Shown in pieces: positions 20,608 to 32,274 of a stretch of 64,000 nt of DNA; within the stretch, counting starts at the first letter, position 1, and every line of letters starts with the position of its first letter. Where the stretch lies: NCBI GenBank assembly GCA_025558095.1, contig JAIVFI010000041.1:1-64000 (forward strand). The letters are read 5' to 3'. The notes beneath the pieces were generated by a model. The model was not told the origin of the DNA. It worked only from the letters and a program-made list of their open reading frames with translations, and searched no databases. The stretch comes from Hyaloraphidium curvatum SAG 235-1. Lineage: Eukaryota > Fungi > Monoblepharomycota. Both the position numbers and the translations under genes were made by a program.

Positions 20608-22592
20608 ATGCGCGCCCTCCTTTCCGGCGCCGCCGCCGCCGCCCTCTCCGCCCTCTTCGCGGGCCCCGCCGCAGCCCAGTTCACGTGGGGTTGGCGCATG
20701 GGCGGGCCCGAGGAGATCCACAACGAGGGCAAGAACCCCGTGCAGCCATGGGTGGGATCCGCCGCTGGAGGGGGTTGCGCCACCTCCGCTGACAGGGTCC
20801 CGCCCGTCCGCCGCAGCACGTCTTCCCCGACGGCGGCATCTCGACGCTCCGAGGGAGCAACGGCAACTTCATCTCTTTCTGGAGCAACGCCGAGAACTAC
20901 CGCACCGAGGGCCCCACCGCGCTGCTCGAGGACCAGTGGCAGAACGTGCCGTACACGCCCTGGCCGGTGGGTCCGTCGAGGCTCTCCCCTTGCTGTCCAT
21001 TGACCCAGAGCAAGATGATCTACTACGGAGGCCGCGTGGACTACCCCGCATTCTACAACGGCGGGCGGTGGCTGCTCTCGGTGCACAAGCACCCGACCGA
21101 CGGCAACCCGCGGCACCTCGTCGCCTTTGTCCACGCCGAGGACGCCTACTGGTTTGTCCTACCTCTCCTCCCCAGTTGCCACCTAACCCCACCAATGATC
21201 AGGCCCCGCCACATCGCCGGCGGCCCAAACTGGAAGTCCATCATGGTCTCGCACTCGTTCGACGAGGGTTTGACGTGGGAGGACCGCGGGCAGATCATCA
21301 CGCACAACCACCCGCGCCCGAGCGATGCCGACTCGTGGGACTCCTCCAAGATCCGGACGACCACCGGAGGCTTGGGCAACCACGCGTGGGTGGCGTCCGG
21401 CGGGCCGCTCGGCTCGGGCTGGTCCTCACTCGTTCCGATACGCGGGTCCACAGCGCAATCTGGGACGCGCCCAACGGCCGCTGGGTCATCATCTTCGAGG
21501 GCAACTGGAAGGGCGTGGCGATCAGCTACGATCCCGACGGGAACCCGGGGTCGTGGCTCAAATGGAACGGGCCCGCGGAGGGCTTCTCGCAGCCGGGAAT
21601 CGGCGGGGCGTGGGCGCGGATCCCGGCGCTGCAGAGCCTGACCGGGACCAACCCGATGATCAGCTACAACGAGTACCTTGGCAGGGTGCGTCGTAACGGC
21701 CGACGACCGCCGGATGAAGCCGCTGACCCCCCTCCGCGCGCAGTACCTCGTCATGTACGGCCTCTGGCTGTCCAGGGGCGCATACATGGTGATCACGGCC
21801 ACCAACGACTTTGTGAACTGGGAAACTCCACGGGTCTTTGCCCGCTCGGTTGATGGCACCCGGGCATGGTTCCCCACCCTCATCAACGAGGCCTACGGAT
21901 CTTTCCGCAGCGCGCAGTACAACTGGCTCTACTACGGTGCGGTTGCGCTTCCCTGGTCTCAGCGCGGACCTGCTTGACGGACCGCATGTCCGCAGGCGAC
22001 AAGTTCGAGGTGCCGCGCACGGACAAGCGCCAGCTCATGAAGCGCTACGTCGAGTTCTGCCTCGGCGAAGGCTGCGGCGACGGCTCGTCGTACTCCATCG
22101 CCGTCTCGGAGCAGGGTACCGGCAACTCGCTCACCAACATCCGTGGGTCCCGATCGCCGACCTCCGCTTGCATCGCGCTGACGTTCCTTGCCACCGACAG
22201 AGAACGACATCGACGGCGCCGCCGCAGGCCAGAACCTCGGCCGCCCCATCGGGGCCGCCTGCACCGCCAGCGACCAGCAGTGCACCACGACCTGCTGCGT
22301 CAACGGGCTCTGCGCGGACCGCAGCCTGTGCGTCGCAGGCGGCGGCGGCAGCTCGTCGTCCTCCTCCGGCAAGCCCGACGGCGCCGGGTGCTCCGCCTCG
22401 GGCCCGGAATGCACCAGCGGGTGCTGCGTCAACGCCGTGTGCACGGTGCGGAACGTGTGCTTCGGGGACGGGCCGGCGCCGTCGTCGCCGGGCAAGCCCG
22501 ACGGGGCAGGGTGCTCCTCGAGCGGGCCCGAGTGCTCGAGCGGGTGCTGTGTGAATGCCGTGTGCACGGTCAGGACCGTGTGCTTCGGGTGA
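20608..22592 (+). CDS. Secreted beta-propeller glycosidase-like protein (Asp-box) with three C-terminal Cys-rich repeats, about 8 exons
   Basis: Signal peptide, FPDGGIS, AFVHAED, Asp-box SFDEGLTW, NPMISYNEYL, NDFVNWETP, then three copies of C-x6-C-x3-CC-x4-C-x5-C. Confidence 0.7.
22369..22590 (+). repeat. Intragenic tandem duplication, ~123-bp unit encoding a Cys-rich module
   Basis: GKPDGAGCS.SGPEC.SGCCVNAVCTVR.VCFG occurs twice, nearly identical at the DNA level. Confidence 0.85.
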
Positions 22593-23277
22593 TTGGACAG
22601 ATGGGGACCATCGGGAAGGGAAGGACGTGCGAGTGCTGGGGATTGCTGGGGATATCTGACTGCCTGCTTGGCTCTAGAAAAAGCGCTTCTGCGCTGCTGC
22701 TGTCGTCATCTTTATCGCTGTAGACTCGCTTTCGCTGAATGCACGGATGTTTGCTGGGGAATTGGTGGTTGGGCGGGGAGTGATGGACACGTCATCACCA
22801 TCCGTCTCCACACCTCTCGCAAGGCGTGGGGGCGGCTCCTTGCCACGCACGGGGAAACGGTCTGCCTCACCATTCAGGGCCGAAAGGTCCGACGCTTACG
22901 CTCGGCCCGGACCCGACGCGGGGGGGTGATCTGACGTGGCGGGCTGCCCGCGCGCGCGGCGGCTGCAGGCGCTTGGCCGGCACGGCGCCGCTGCAAACCC
23001 CGTGGCAGGCCGGCGGGACTGATTGTGGCCCAGCCGGCGCGGTCGGGGGAGATCTTGCTCGACACGTGTCGATCCGGCGAGGATGGGCGGGGACAACGAA
23101 ACTTCGCGTCCCTCCGAGGACGGATAGAAGCAGCTTGTTCAGGAGCAGCAGATCCGAAGAGCAGATGTTCTTTCCGGCCCGGAATCGTCCTCGCCTCGCC
23201 TCGCCTCGCCGCCCGCCGCGGTCAACCCGATCGCCCGCCCGTTCCGCACGGTCTGCTTCACACACCACTAGCTCGCC

Positions 23278-23965
23278 ATGGACGCCGTCGCGGCGCAGCG
23301 CCGCGCGATCCAGGCCGGCGTCGGCGGCCTCGCCGCGTCTTTCCTTGTCGGCCTGCCGTGCGTTCTCTCCCGCCGCGGCGCGGTTCGCGGGCTGACCGAA
23401 AACGGCCCCTGAATGGCCCCCCACGCACGCGCTTCGTCTCTCTCTCTGGCCTTCTCCCTGCCATTCCCTCTGTCAATATCTCTCCGCCCTCCCCTTAACT
23501 CTCTCCCTTCCGTGCTCTCCCTTTGGCTCTCATCTCTCCTCCAGCTACTCGTTCGTCGTCCTGAACCGCAACCTCGAGACCTTCAACGAGGAGGACAAGG
23601 CCTTTGCCAAGAGCGACGCCGGCAAGGGCCCCATCGAGCTCGGCGCCAAAATCCCCGGCTCCGAACGCGCGTGGCGCATGGCCCACCTGGAAGGGCTGAC
23701 GAACGGGTTCCTGGCGCTGCTGGTGGCGGCGCTGATCCCGTCGCTCAAGCTGGAGCCGGGGCAGTTCAAGTGGCTCGCCAACGCGACCGCGGTGTGCGTG
23801 GCGGGTAACGTCGTGGGGAGCACCGCGGCGGCACTGGGGGAGACGAGGGGGCTGATGGGGGGCGGGACCAAGGCGGGGAGGTTCGCGTTCTGGAACTTCA
23901 ACGCGGCGGTGTTCGCAACGCCCGTTATGCTGTACTACCTGCTCAAGGGGGTGTCCAAGATCTGA
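23278..23965 (+). CDS. Styrene-oxide isomerase (StyC)-like 4-TM membrane protein; intron 23358-23544
   Basis: IPGSERAWRMAHLEGLTNG and NVVGSTAAALGETRGL resemble the StyC segments VPGSPEGWARAHSGPALNG and NVGFY...NRGL. Confidence 0.6.
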
Positions 23966-24114
23966 GGGAGTGGCGGGGCGACGGGCAACAACGCTTCGGG
24001 AGGCCTGGACCGATTTTGCGGAGGAACCCATTCACGTTGGGACCCGGCATGCTTATCGGTGATTTGGACAGCGTGCAATTGAAATGGATTCATCCCACGA
24101 GGAACTGGACTGCC

Positions 24115-25170
24115 TCAACCTGCCCCACCGTTTGCCGCCCCTGCGAACAACGCGTCCCCCAGGCTGCGGTACTTCGAAAACCGGGCCAGCACCCTCCCCA
24201 CCTTTTCCACCCTCTCCTCCACGCTCCCCTCCAGCGTCACGAACGGGATCTTCCGCGCCAGCAGGTCCGCCGCGATGCGCTTCTGCGATGTCCTCCGGTT
24301 CCCGTCGCCCGAGCGGTCCCACGTGTCGTCGTAGGGTATGTCGTCCCCGCAGAGGAACACCACGTCGTACCGCCGGGCGGAGGCATCGGCGAGCTCCGCC
24401 AGCAGCGGCTCCGCGGACCCATGGTACTCCAGAGCGAAAGTGTAGGTGGTGATCGCGTTGGTGTCCGTGAACAAGTACCTGTTTGCCTCCAGGAGCTTCC
24501 GCTCTTCCCGCTCCAGGTGCCCCTCGGCTATCTCCACCAGCTGCGCTGGCGCCAAGCGCCTGTCAACCTGGTGCTGATCCCAGTACTCCCGCCCGTACTC
24601 GGGCATCCAGACCGTGCCGTGAACCGCGGCCAGGCGCTCCGCGACGGTGGTCTTGCCCGTCGACGGGGCGCCCAGGAACACGACGTTAGCGACGAGGTCG
24701 CGGTACACGAGAGGGTCGAGGAGGTGCCGGTGGGCGAATGGGTCGCGGCGGATGGCGGTACCCGACGTGGGCACCTTTGTCCGACCCTCGTCAACGCGCC
24801 GGTCGACGGCGCCGAGGAAGCGGCTCATGTGGTCCCCGTAAAACTCGGAGCAGTAGAAATGCGTGATCCGGCCCAGGTCCAGCGACTGCACGTAGTCCTC
24901 GTTGAGCTTCCGTATTACCTCCGTGTCCCCCACGGCCTCCGGGCCATCCCAAGCCTCGACCACGCGCACAGAGGGGTACAGACGGCGGATCCAGCCCGCG
25001 CGGACGGACAACGGCACGTCCGTGACCGAAGGTGCGTCGTACGCGACCACCACGAGCTCGTCGACTTCGGGCAGCGCCGTGTCGAGCACGAGCTGGTGGC
25101 CGCGGTGGAACGGCGCGAACTTGCCGAGCACGAGGCCGCGCGTCGGCGGCGAGGTGGAGTCCTGCGCCAT
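24115..25170 (-). CDS. NadR-like bifunctional nucleotidyltransferase / P-loop kinase (no HTH), intronless
   Basis: GKFAPFHRGH (HxGH), SEFYG, SGTAIR, Walker A GAPSTGKTT, EYGREYW, FTDTNAITT. Confidence 0.85.
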   Translation of the reverse strand: MAQDSTSPPTRGLVLGKFAPFHRGHQLVLDTALPEVDELVVVAYDAPSVTDVPLSVRAGWIRRLYPSVRVVEAWDGPEAVGDTEVIRKLNEDYVQSLDLGRITHFYCSEFYGDHMSRFLGAVDRRVDEGRTKVPTSGTAIRRDPFAHRHLLDPLVYRDLVANVVFLGAPSTGKTTVAERLAAVHGTVWMPEYGREYWDQHQVDRRLAPAQLVEIAEGHLEREERKLLEANRYLFTDTNAITTYTFALEYHGSAEPLLAELADASARRYDVVFLCGDDIPYDDTWDRSGDGNRRTSQKRIAADLLARKIPFVTLEGSVEERVEKVGRVLARFSKYRSLGDALFAGAANGGAG

Positions 25171-25409
25171 TCGCGGGGAAGACACGTCGGCGAGGTGGAG
25201 CAACAGTGTTTACGTGGAGTCGGCCGCCCTCCAAGTCGCCGTGGACGGCCCCTGCAGCGATCCCGATCCTGAATCCTGACCGTCGGAAGAACCTCTACAG
25301 CACGTTCGGGAACCAGCTACTGCTCCGCCGGGCGGTATCTCCTTCTCGCAGAGCCAAGGGTCCGAAGCCGGGTCCGAAGCCGGGTGCGACGAGAGGGGCG
25401 GGCGCCCCT

Positions 25410-26390
25410 TCAATCCAGGTGTGCCATATGGTTCACCTCCCTTGCCCGCGCCATGGCGTGGTAGTGCACGTAGTCCTCCGGCAGGTTGTCCTTCGCGAGG
25501 TAGAAGTCCAGGTGCCGCACGCCCAGCGGCGGCAGCATCCTCGCGTGCTTGCCCTCGAAGCGCTTCATCCGCATGCCGGCCCTGCGCATGGTGAAGGTGG
25601 TGTCGGTCATCCACTCGATGTAGTAGTAGTTGCGCACGCTTATGTTGAAGGCCTTGGCGGGGCTCAGCGAGACGCCGTCCTCGTAGCGGTACGCGAGGTC
25701 GCCCAGCACCACGGGGTCGAGGTCGTCCCAGCGGATCGAGCCGCCGACGGCGTCCAGCTTCAGGGCGTCCAGGGCGTGCGCGTAGACCTCGAGCAGGTTG
25801 CCGGGGGCCGAGTCGAGCGCGCAGTCGGGGTCCGTGAGGACGTAGTGCCGCGAGCCGAGCGCGGCGACGCGCTCCGCGATCCAGTCCGCGACCATCTCGA
25901 TCAGCGCGTCGAAGGACGCCCAGGGGCGGGAGTTGCGGTGCACGTGCACGCCGGCGTCGCGCAGCCTGTCGAGGAAGCGCACTGCTGCGGGGAACGACGA
26001 GTTGTCGTCGAATATCGCGAGCTCGTACGGCGTGCGCAGGTGGCGCCAGTAGCTGCGCAGCGCGGCGGCGAGCACCGACGCGCGGTCGCGGAACAGCACG
26101 GCGAGCAGCACCGGCGGCTCCGAGCCGTTGCCCGCCACGCCGCGCAGCGAGAACGTGCGGCCGCCGCGCAGCCGCGGCGGAGCAAACGGCGCGTCGCCGA
26201 ACAGCGCGCCGAAGCAGTCGACGTCCGCGCCGCGCAGCGGCCCCGCGTAGTCGAAGTCGCACGCGGCAGCCGCCGTCGGCTCCCCGCCCTCCCCCCGTCC
26301 TCCGAGGCCTCCGAGCCACGCCACAAACACAAACACCGCCAGCGCCGCAGCCGTCAATCCGGCAAGCGGCAGCGCCTGGCGGGAGATCAT
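25410..26390 (-). CDS. GT-A fold (GT2-like) glycosyltransferase, type II membrane protein
   Basis: N-terminal TM anchor, AIFDDNSS, YVLTDPD (DxD motif). Confidence 0.65.
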   Translation of the reverse strand: MISRQALPLAGLTAAALAVFVFVAWLGGLGGRGEGGEPTAAAACDFDYAGPLRGADVDCFGALFGDAPFAPPRLRGGRTFSLRGVAGNGSEPPVLLAVLFRDRASVLAAALRSYWRHLRTPYELAIFDDNSSFPAAVRFLDRLRDAGVHVHRNSRPWASFDALIEMVADWIAERVAALGSRHYVLTDPDCALDSAPGNLLEVYAHALDALKLDAVGGSIRWDDLDPVVLGDLAYRYEDGVSLSPAKAFNISVRNYYYIEWMTDTTFTMRRAGMRMKRFEGKHARMLPPLGVRHLDFYLAKDNLPEDYVHYHAMARAREVNHMAHLD

Positions 26391-26499
26391 TTTTCTGTTG
26401 GGTGCCAAACAGGGGGGCCGGCGGCACAGGCGCGGTTTTTGCTGCGGGTCCGACCAATCGCAACAACTCGAGATTCACTCGTGGCTTTTCTCGCCAAGC

Positions 26500-28636
26500 T
26501 CACGCCCCGCAGAGGGCGCACCCGCTCATGCTCCCGTCCGGGCACGCGAACGCCCAGCACCCCGGCGCGATCCCGCACCCCAGCTCCTGCCGCACCTGCT
26601 CAAGCTTGGTCCACAAGCCCTTGGCCAACAGCTGCTCGGCCGTGTACCGCGGCCTGTTGGTGAACGGGGGCGTGACGTCGTTCGCCCACCAAGAGTTCCG
26701 CACCGCCGAGTTGGCCAACTGCGCCGCCGTCGCTCCCACCGGGATCCCCGCCGCGAGGTCGTAGCAGTACCTCCCGAATGTGCCCCTGGAGATCCACCCG
26801 AAGTCGACCTGCAGCTCGATCGGGCGGATGCCGACGTTGCGGCACGAGACCGGCCCGCTGACCTCGAACGCCGCGCGCCACGCGGGGCCTTCCATCAGCA
26901 GGGCCTCGCCCGGGGCGACGTACGGGCCGACGCCCTTGGTGTCGCTGTAGGGGTCGTCGCCGTGCGAGAGGTACGCGTCGAGGGTCGGGAAGTAGGTCAT
27001 GTAGTCTTGAGGAGCGGCGGGTCAGCGGCGGCATCTGCAAGGGGGGAGGGTGGCACCCACGGCTGCAGGTCTTGGTGACATCCTGGAAGGACAGCACGGG
27101 GATCCCGATGGACCGCAGCACCTTCTGCAGGAAAGCAGTCGTTCCGAAGCAGCCCGGCGTCCAACCCCACGGCGCGTTCAGGTACACGGCGGGTGGATCC
27201 ATCGACACTGTGCCGACGATCATCTGGTAGACCGAAGGAGCTCGGAGGCCTGGAGCACGGGCCGTCAGAGGGCGCGGATGCCGAGAATTCGGCCACTTAC
27301 CCCAATAGTAATCGTACTGCTGCCACCCGGTGACGCCGTCCGCGGCGCCGAACATGTGGGCAAAGTTCCACCGCACGAAATCGAGCACCCTCCCGATCAC
27401 CTTCCTCGCCACCGCGTTGGCATCCACCCCCGGCGTGCCCGGTGCGGGCAGCTCCCCCAGCGCGCCGATGTCCTGCAGCCACCCCCACACGTACGCCGGG
27501 TGCGCCGGGCTGACGGTGCGGTCCCAGCTCTCGTAGCCGTAGGCCTGCGGTCCGGCGGGGGCGCCTTGCGTGGTGTACCACATCTCCGCCGTGACCATCG
27601 GGCGGAGGGTGTCCAGGGGGAGGGTGCGGATGGTCCAGGGGACGAGGGCGCGGACTTCGAGGACGAGGAGGTGGGCAACGTGGGCGCAGTACCAGGCAAA
27701 GGCAGTCGGTTCGTCCCAGAGGGTACGCGCGCTCGAGCCGGGCACTGCAGAAGCCCAGTGAGCGCGCAGCAAATCCTCGACGATCAGAGGCGGAACCCAC
27801 GGAAGGGGAACGCGATGTTCCCTCCGACAGTCCCGTTGGTCGTCCAGCCGGGATACGAGCCCGGGTAAGTGGCAGAATAGTCTCCCCCGGCGGCGACCCA
27901 ATTCCAGGCGTGAAGGAACGCGGTCCGGAGCGCCTGCTTCTTGTCGTCGGGCCAGTCCATCCCGGGCTGGTTGAAAATCCGGCTATCGGGAACCCCGTTG
28001 ACCAGAAAGGGGAACCGGATGCTCGCGCGGAGGTTGATGAAGGCAGCGACGTAGCAGTCGAGGAACTGTTGCGGGCAGGGCGGGCGGTCAAAGCGGCTAC
28101 GGCGGGAACGGGCGGCGGGGGTTCACCAGCGGGTTCGCGGCCGGGCCGGTGCCGCACCCCGGGGGAATGTACCCGGGTGTCTCCGGGAGAACGGTTGCGG
28201 TGGTCGAGGTCCGCGTGCGCGTCCTCGTCTGGCTCGGCCGCCCTGTGACCGGCCGCCTCGTGGTCGTCCTCCACAAAATAATCGGCCGCCTCGTGGTCGT
28301 GCGCCTGAGCGTAATTTTGGTCGCCCATGTTGGGATCAGGGTCTTTGTCGGGGGCCGCGGCCGGAGCTTGACCGGCACGGGGATGGGGAGCAGCCGGTCG
28401 CGGATCGGGGACTTGACGAGGAGCGCCTTGCGGAGCACCGAAAACTGGGTGCCGGAGAGGAAGACCGGCCGCGTGGGGCGCACGAAGACGGGCCCGGCGG
28501 GGCGCGTGGTGGTCCGCCTGCGGCTCGTGGTGCGCGGCACCTGGCGCGGCTCCAGCGGCGCGCCCAGCGCGGGCAGCGCGGCCGCCAGCACCGCGAGGAG
28601 GAGCAGGAGGGCCGGGACGACCGCGCGGGGCCGCAT
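26500..28636 (-). CDS. Secreted transglutaminase-like (Cys-His-Asp) protein, paralog A, multi-exon
   Basis: Signal peptide, R/T/P-rich linker, GCFGTTAFLQKVLRSIGIPV, and spliced CS-H-YMTYFPTLDAYLSHGDDPY. Confidence 0.7.
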
Positions 28637-29103
28637 TTTTGTGGGTTTCGGGCGGCGCTGACTGTAGGGCGGGCGGACGCCGCAGGGAGATCTTCCACCG
28701 TGAGGCTGCGCATGGCTGGACGCAATCACCCGCACGTCGGAATGGGAGAAGGTGTCGTTTGTCCTCGGAAACCGAAGGAAACAATGCCGTCGAGAGATGT
28801 GCGCCCCTGATATTCACCTCCATTTTCATGGCGGCGAGCGCCGCAAGGGAGGAAGACGGGGTCGACTCCGCGGCACGTGAAGCTGGAACCCAAGCGAAGC
28901 GAGGAGGAGGCAGACCCATCTATTCCCGGGATTACTGGATTACTGAAGAGATGTAAGGCAACGGGAATCCTTCGCCCGATGCTCCGCGTTGCAGCTCGGA
29001 TGCTCATTTGCGCCCATTCTTGCACAGCGCGGCCCGGGCGGAAGATCCTCTGCCAACAAAAGCGCCGCTGCGGCCCGCATTCTCCGCCACCGAATCCGAC
29101 GCG

Positions 29104-31204
29104 ATGGAGGTCCGCAGGCTCCTTCTCCTCGCGCTGATCGCGCTCGGGACGCTCCTGGCCGCGATGCCCGCCCTGTCCGCGCCGCTGGAGCCGCGGCAGG
29201 CGCGCCGCACGACGACGCGGAAAGCGGCCGTCGTGCGCCCGACGCGGCCACCCTTCGTCGTTCCGGCCAAATACGCGGCCCTCAAAAAGGTGCTTGCCGT
29301 CGCCGGCCGCGATCGGCTTCTAGCCGTGCCCGCCCCGGCCACCTACCGCCCGCGCCGGCCGACCGTGACCCGCTGGCCGCCATGGGTGCCCAAGCGGCCG
29401 GCGATCAGAAGGACCACAACGCGGCGGAGAACGACGACGAGAAGAGGCCGGGCGCCGCCGTCGTCCAAAACGCGCACGACCACGGCGACCGCTCCGCCCA
29501 CGCCGCCGACGGTGCCGGGCTACATCCCTCCGCTCTGCGGCTCGTCTCCCAACACCAATCCCCTGGTGGGTTCCGTCTGTCGCCACCCATACGATGCTTC
29601 GGGACGCATCTGACCCCGCTTCACAACCAGTTCCTCGACTGCTACCTCGCGGCGTTCCCCAACCTCCGCCTGAGCATCCGGTTCCCGTTCCAAACCGGGC
29701 CCCAGTCCTCGAGCACCCTGTACTGGAGCCAGCCGGGGATGGACTGGCCCGAGGACCGGAAGCAGGCCGTGCGCACCGCCTTCCTGCACGCCTGGAACTG
29801 GATCGCGGCCGGCGGCGACTACTCTGCCACGTACCCGGGCTCCTATCCCGGCTGGACGACCAACGGCACCGTGGGCGGGAACATCCTGCCTCCAGGTTTG
29901 TCCGTCCGCCTTTGCATTCGGCGGCAGCACAAGGCTCATCCGCCCTCCCCCAGCTGCCGAGGGCATGGCCCGCACCCTCTGGGACGAGCCCACCGCCTTT
30001 TCCTGGTACTGCGCCCACGTCGCGCACCTCCTTGTGCTCGAGGTCCGCGGCATCGTTCCCTGGACCATCCGCACCCTCGACAACGACCTTCTCGTGCCCC
30101 TCATGACGGCTGAGATCTCGTGGACGGTCGTCGACGACGTCTACGGGTACGAAGTGATGGACCGCCGCGCTAGCCCCGCGCACCCGGCGTTCGTGTGGGG
30201 GTGGCTGCAGGACGTTGGCGCCCTGGCGGAGCTCCCGGCACCGGGCGCGGCCGGGGTGGACGTCGGCGCGGTGGCCAGGAAGGTGATCGGCAGGGTGCTC
30301 GACTTCCAGCGTTGGAACTTTGCGCACATGTTCGGCGGCGGAGGCTGGTCGCAGTACACCTACTACTGGGGTGGGTCCGCCGGGACCGGCAGCACTCACA
30401 GTCACGTAGGCTGACTCACGGCCCGATTCCGCCGCAGGTCCCCGCCAGCCCTCCGTGTACCAGATGATCGTGGGCACGGTATCGGCCGACCCGGTCACTG
30501 CCTACTTGAACGGCGAGGCCAGGGGCTGGACACCGGGCTGCTATGGTACGGCGGCGTTCCTGCAGAAGATCGCGCGCTCGATCGGGATCCCGGCCAACAT
30601 CATCGGCAACTCGACGCAGATGTGCGGCCGTGGGTGCCCGCTCCCCGGATGCTCCCCGTGTCGGCCTGACCACCCCGGCCATCCAGACACCACCGTCCAC
30701 TTCCCCACCATCGACGCCTACCTCTCCCACGGCGATGACCCGTACTCCGACACCCGCGGCGTAGGACCGTACGTCGCCCCCGGCGAGCTCCTCCTCACGG
30801 ACGGCCCCTCGTGGCGCACAATGCTCGACTCGGGCGCGGGCCTGGCATGCGAGAACGTCGGCTTCCGGCCGATCGAGCTGCAGGTCGACTTTGGGTGGAT
30901 CTCGGCGGGCACGTTCGGGCGGTACTGCTACGACCTCGCGGCGGGGATCACGGTGGGCGCCACGGCGGCGCAGCTGGAGAACTCGGCGGTCCGGCGGGCA
31001 TTCTACACCATGGACTTCGCCGCGACGGTGCAGACGGGCTCGTTCAAGTTCAGGCCGTGGTACACGGCGGAGCAGCTCCTGGCAAAGGGGCTGTGGACGC
31101 GGCTGGAGCAGGTCCGGCAGGAGCTCGGGTGCGCGGCGGCGCCGTACTGCTGGCAGGCCACGTGCGCGGACGGGGCGCCGTATTGCACGTACTGCGCGGG
31201 GTAA
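29104..31204 (+). CDS. Secreted transglutaminase-like (Cys-His-Asp) protein, paralog B, multi-exon
   Basis: Signal peptide, R/T/P-rich linker, GCYGTAAFLQKIARSIGIPA, and spliced CG-H-TTVHFPTIDAYLSHGDDPY. Colinear with paralog A. Confidence 0.7.
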
Positions 31205-31249
31205 AGGGATGGCGTGTATCGGTCGCAGCTGCCGCCGAACATCAGCTAG

Positions 31250-32176
31250 CCCGAACGACGGTCCCGCGGATTCCGGTTGCTCCTCGCGCGGCGCGCACAA
31301 CTGCTTGTGCTTCTTCCAGTGCTCGACTTGACACTCCTTGGAGCAGAAGCGCGCTTGCTTGCACCGCGAACATTGCCTGACCTTGCGGTCTATCCCCCCA
31401 ACCGTCACACCGCACTTGTCGTACCCCCGCCCGAGGAGCAGGTCGCCGTCCCTGTGCCTCTCTTGGCGGAGCAGCGGCTTTAGCCGCCCCCGCACCACTT
31501 GGGTGCAGGGTCCGCAGTGAGGGAAGATGATGTGGGCCAGGATGTAGGGCGATTCCTGCATGTTGTTGTAGGGGACGCTGCTCTTTTCGCTGACTGGCGC
31601 ACCGCAGCCGAGGCACTGCCGCGGCCTTTCCGCAAACCAGGCGGTCTCCTCTCGGTGAACCGTAGGGGCAATGCCCTTGAGGAGGTGATCCAAATCGGGA
31701 TCGTAGTAGAGCTCGGCGGGCACCACGAGGTCCACCGGGTCGAGCTGCTCAAACTCCAGGCTGCCGCCCGTTCCGATCGAAGGATCCGGGAGGCGCGTGC
31801 AGATGCGTGGCACGATCCGCACAATGCACACGTCCGCCGGGTCGGGCTTCCTCGGTGCTTCCACCGCGGCCCTCCCGACCTCCTGGCAAACGTCTCGCCC
31901 GCACGTCGCGGCGACCCAGATCCGCGCCGTTCGGTCCGTCAGGAGCGGCACGGTCTTTGCGCCCTGCCGCCCGTCCGTGGGCCGGCGGCACGAATGGCAC
32001 TTGCGGCCGCGCCTCGGCCACTCCCCCTCCAGGCGGACGAGCGCGGCCGCAACGGTGCCCGCGGTATCCGGTAGCAGGAGCGAGCGGGACAACGACGGCA
32101 CCGTGGCCTCCCGAATCATATGCGCCTCCAGGGCGCCGTCCAGGATCGTCAGGACGACCCGCGCGGGCCGATCCAT
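31250..32176 (-). CDS. MYND zinc-finger protein; 3' end uncertain because the ORF runs on to 30416
   Basis: YDKC...CSRCKQARFCSKECQVEHWKKHKQLC, plus two further CxxC-containing segments upstream. Confidence 0.65.
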
Positions 32177-32274
32177 CGGTTGTTCGCCGCGGTTGTTTGC
32201 GGGCGCGAAACCCCTTGCATTTTCGCATATCATGTAGCCGCGCTAGCGCGTATTTGGAAGCTGCGGAGATTCTC

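Noticed and set aside
19510-20721. 403-aa ORF as the real gene
   Set aside because: Only its last ~100 codons are SelW-like. The upstream part is low-complexity, overlaps the next gene and reads through intron sequence. The spliced UGA model with its SECIS explains the locus better.
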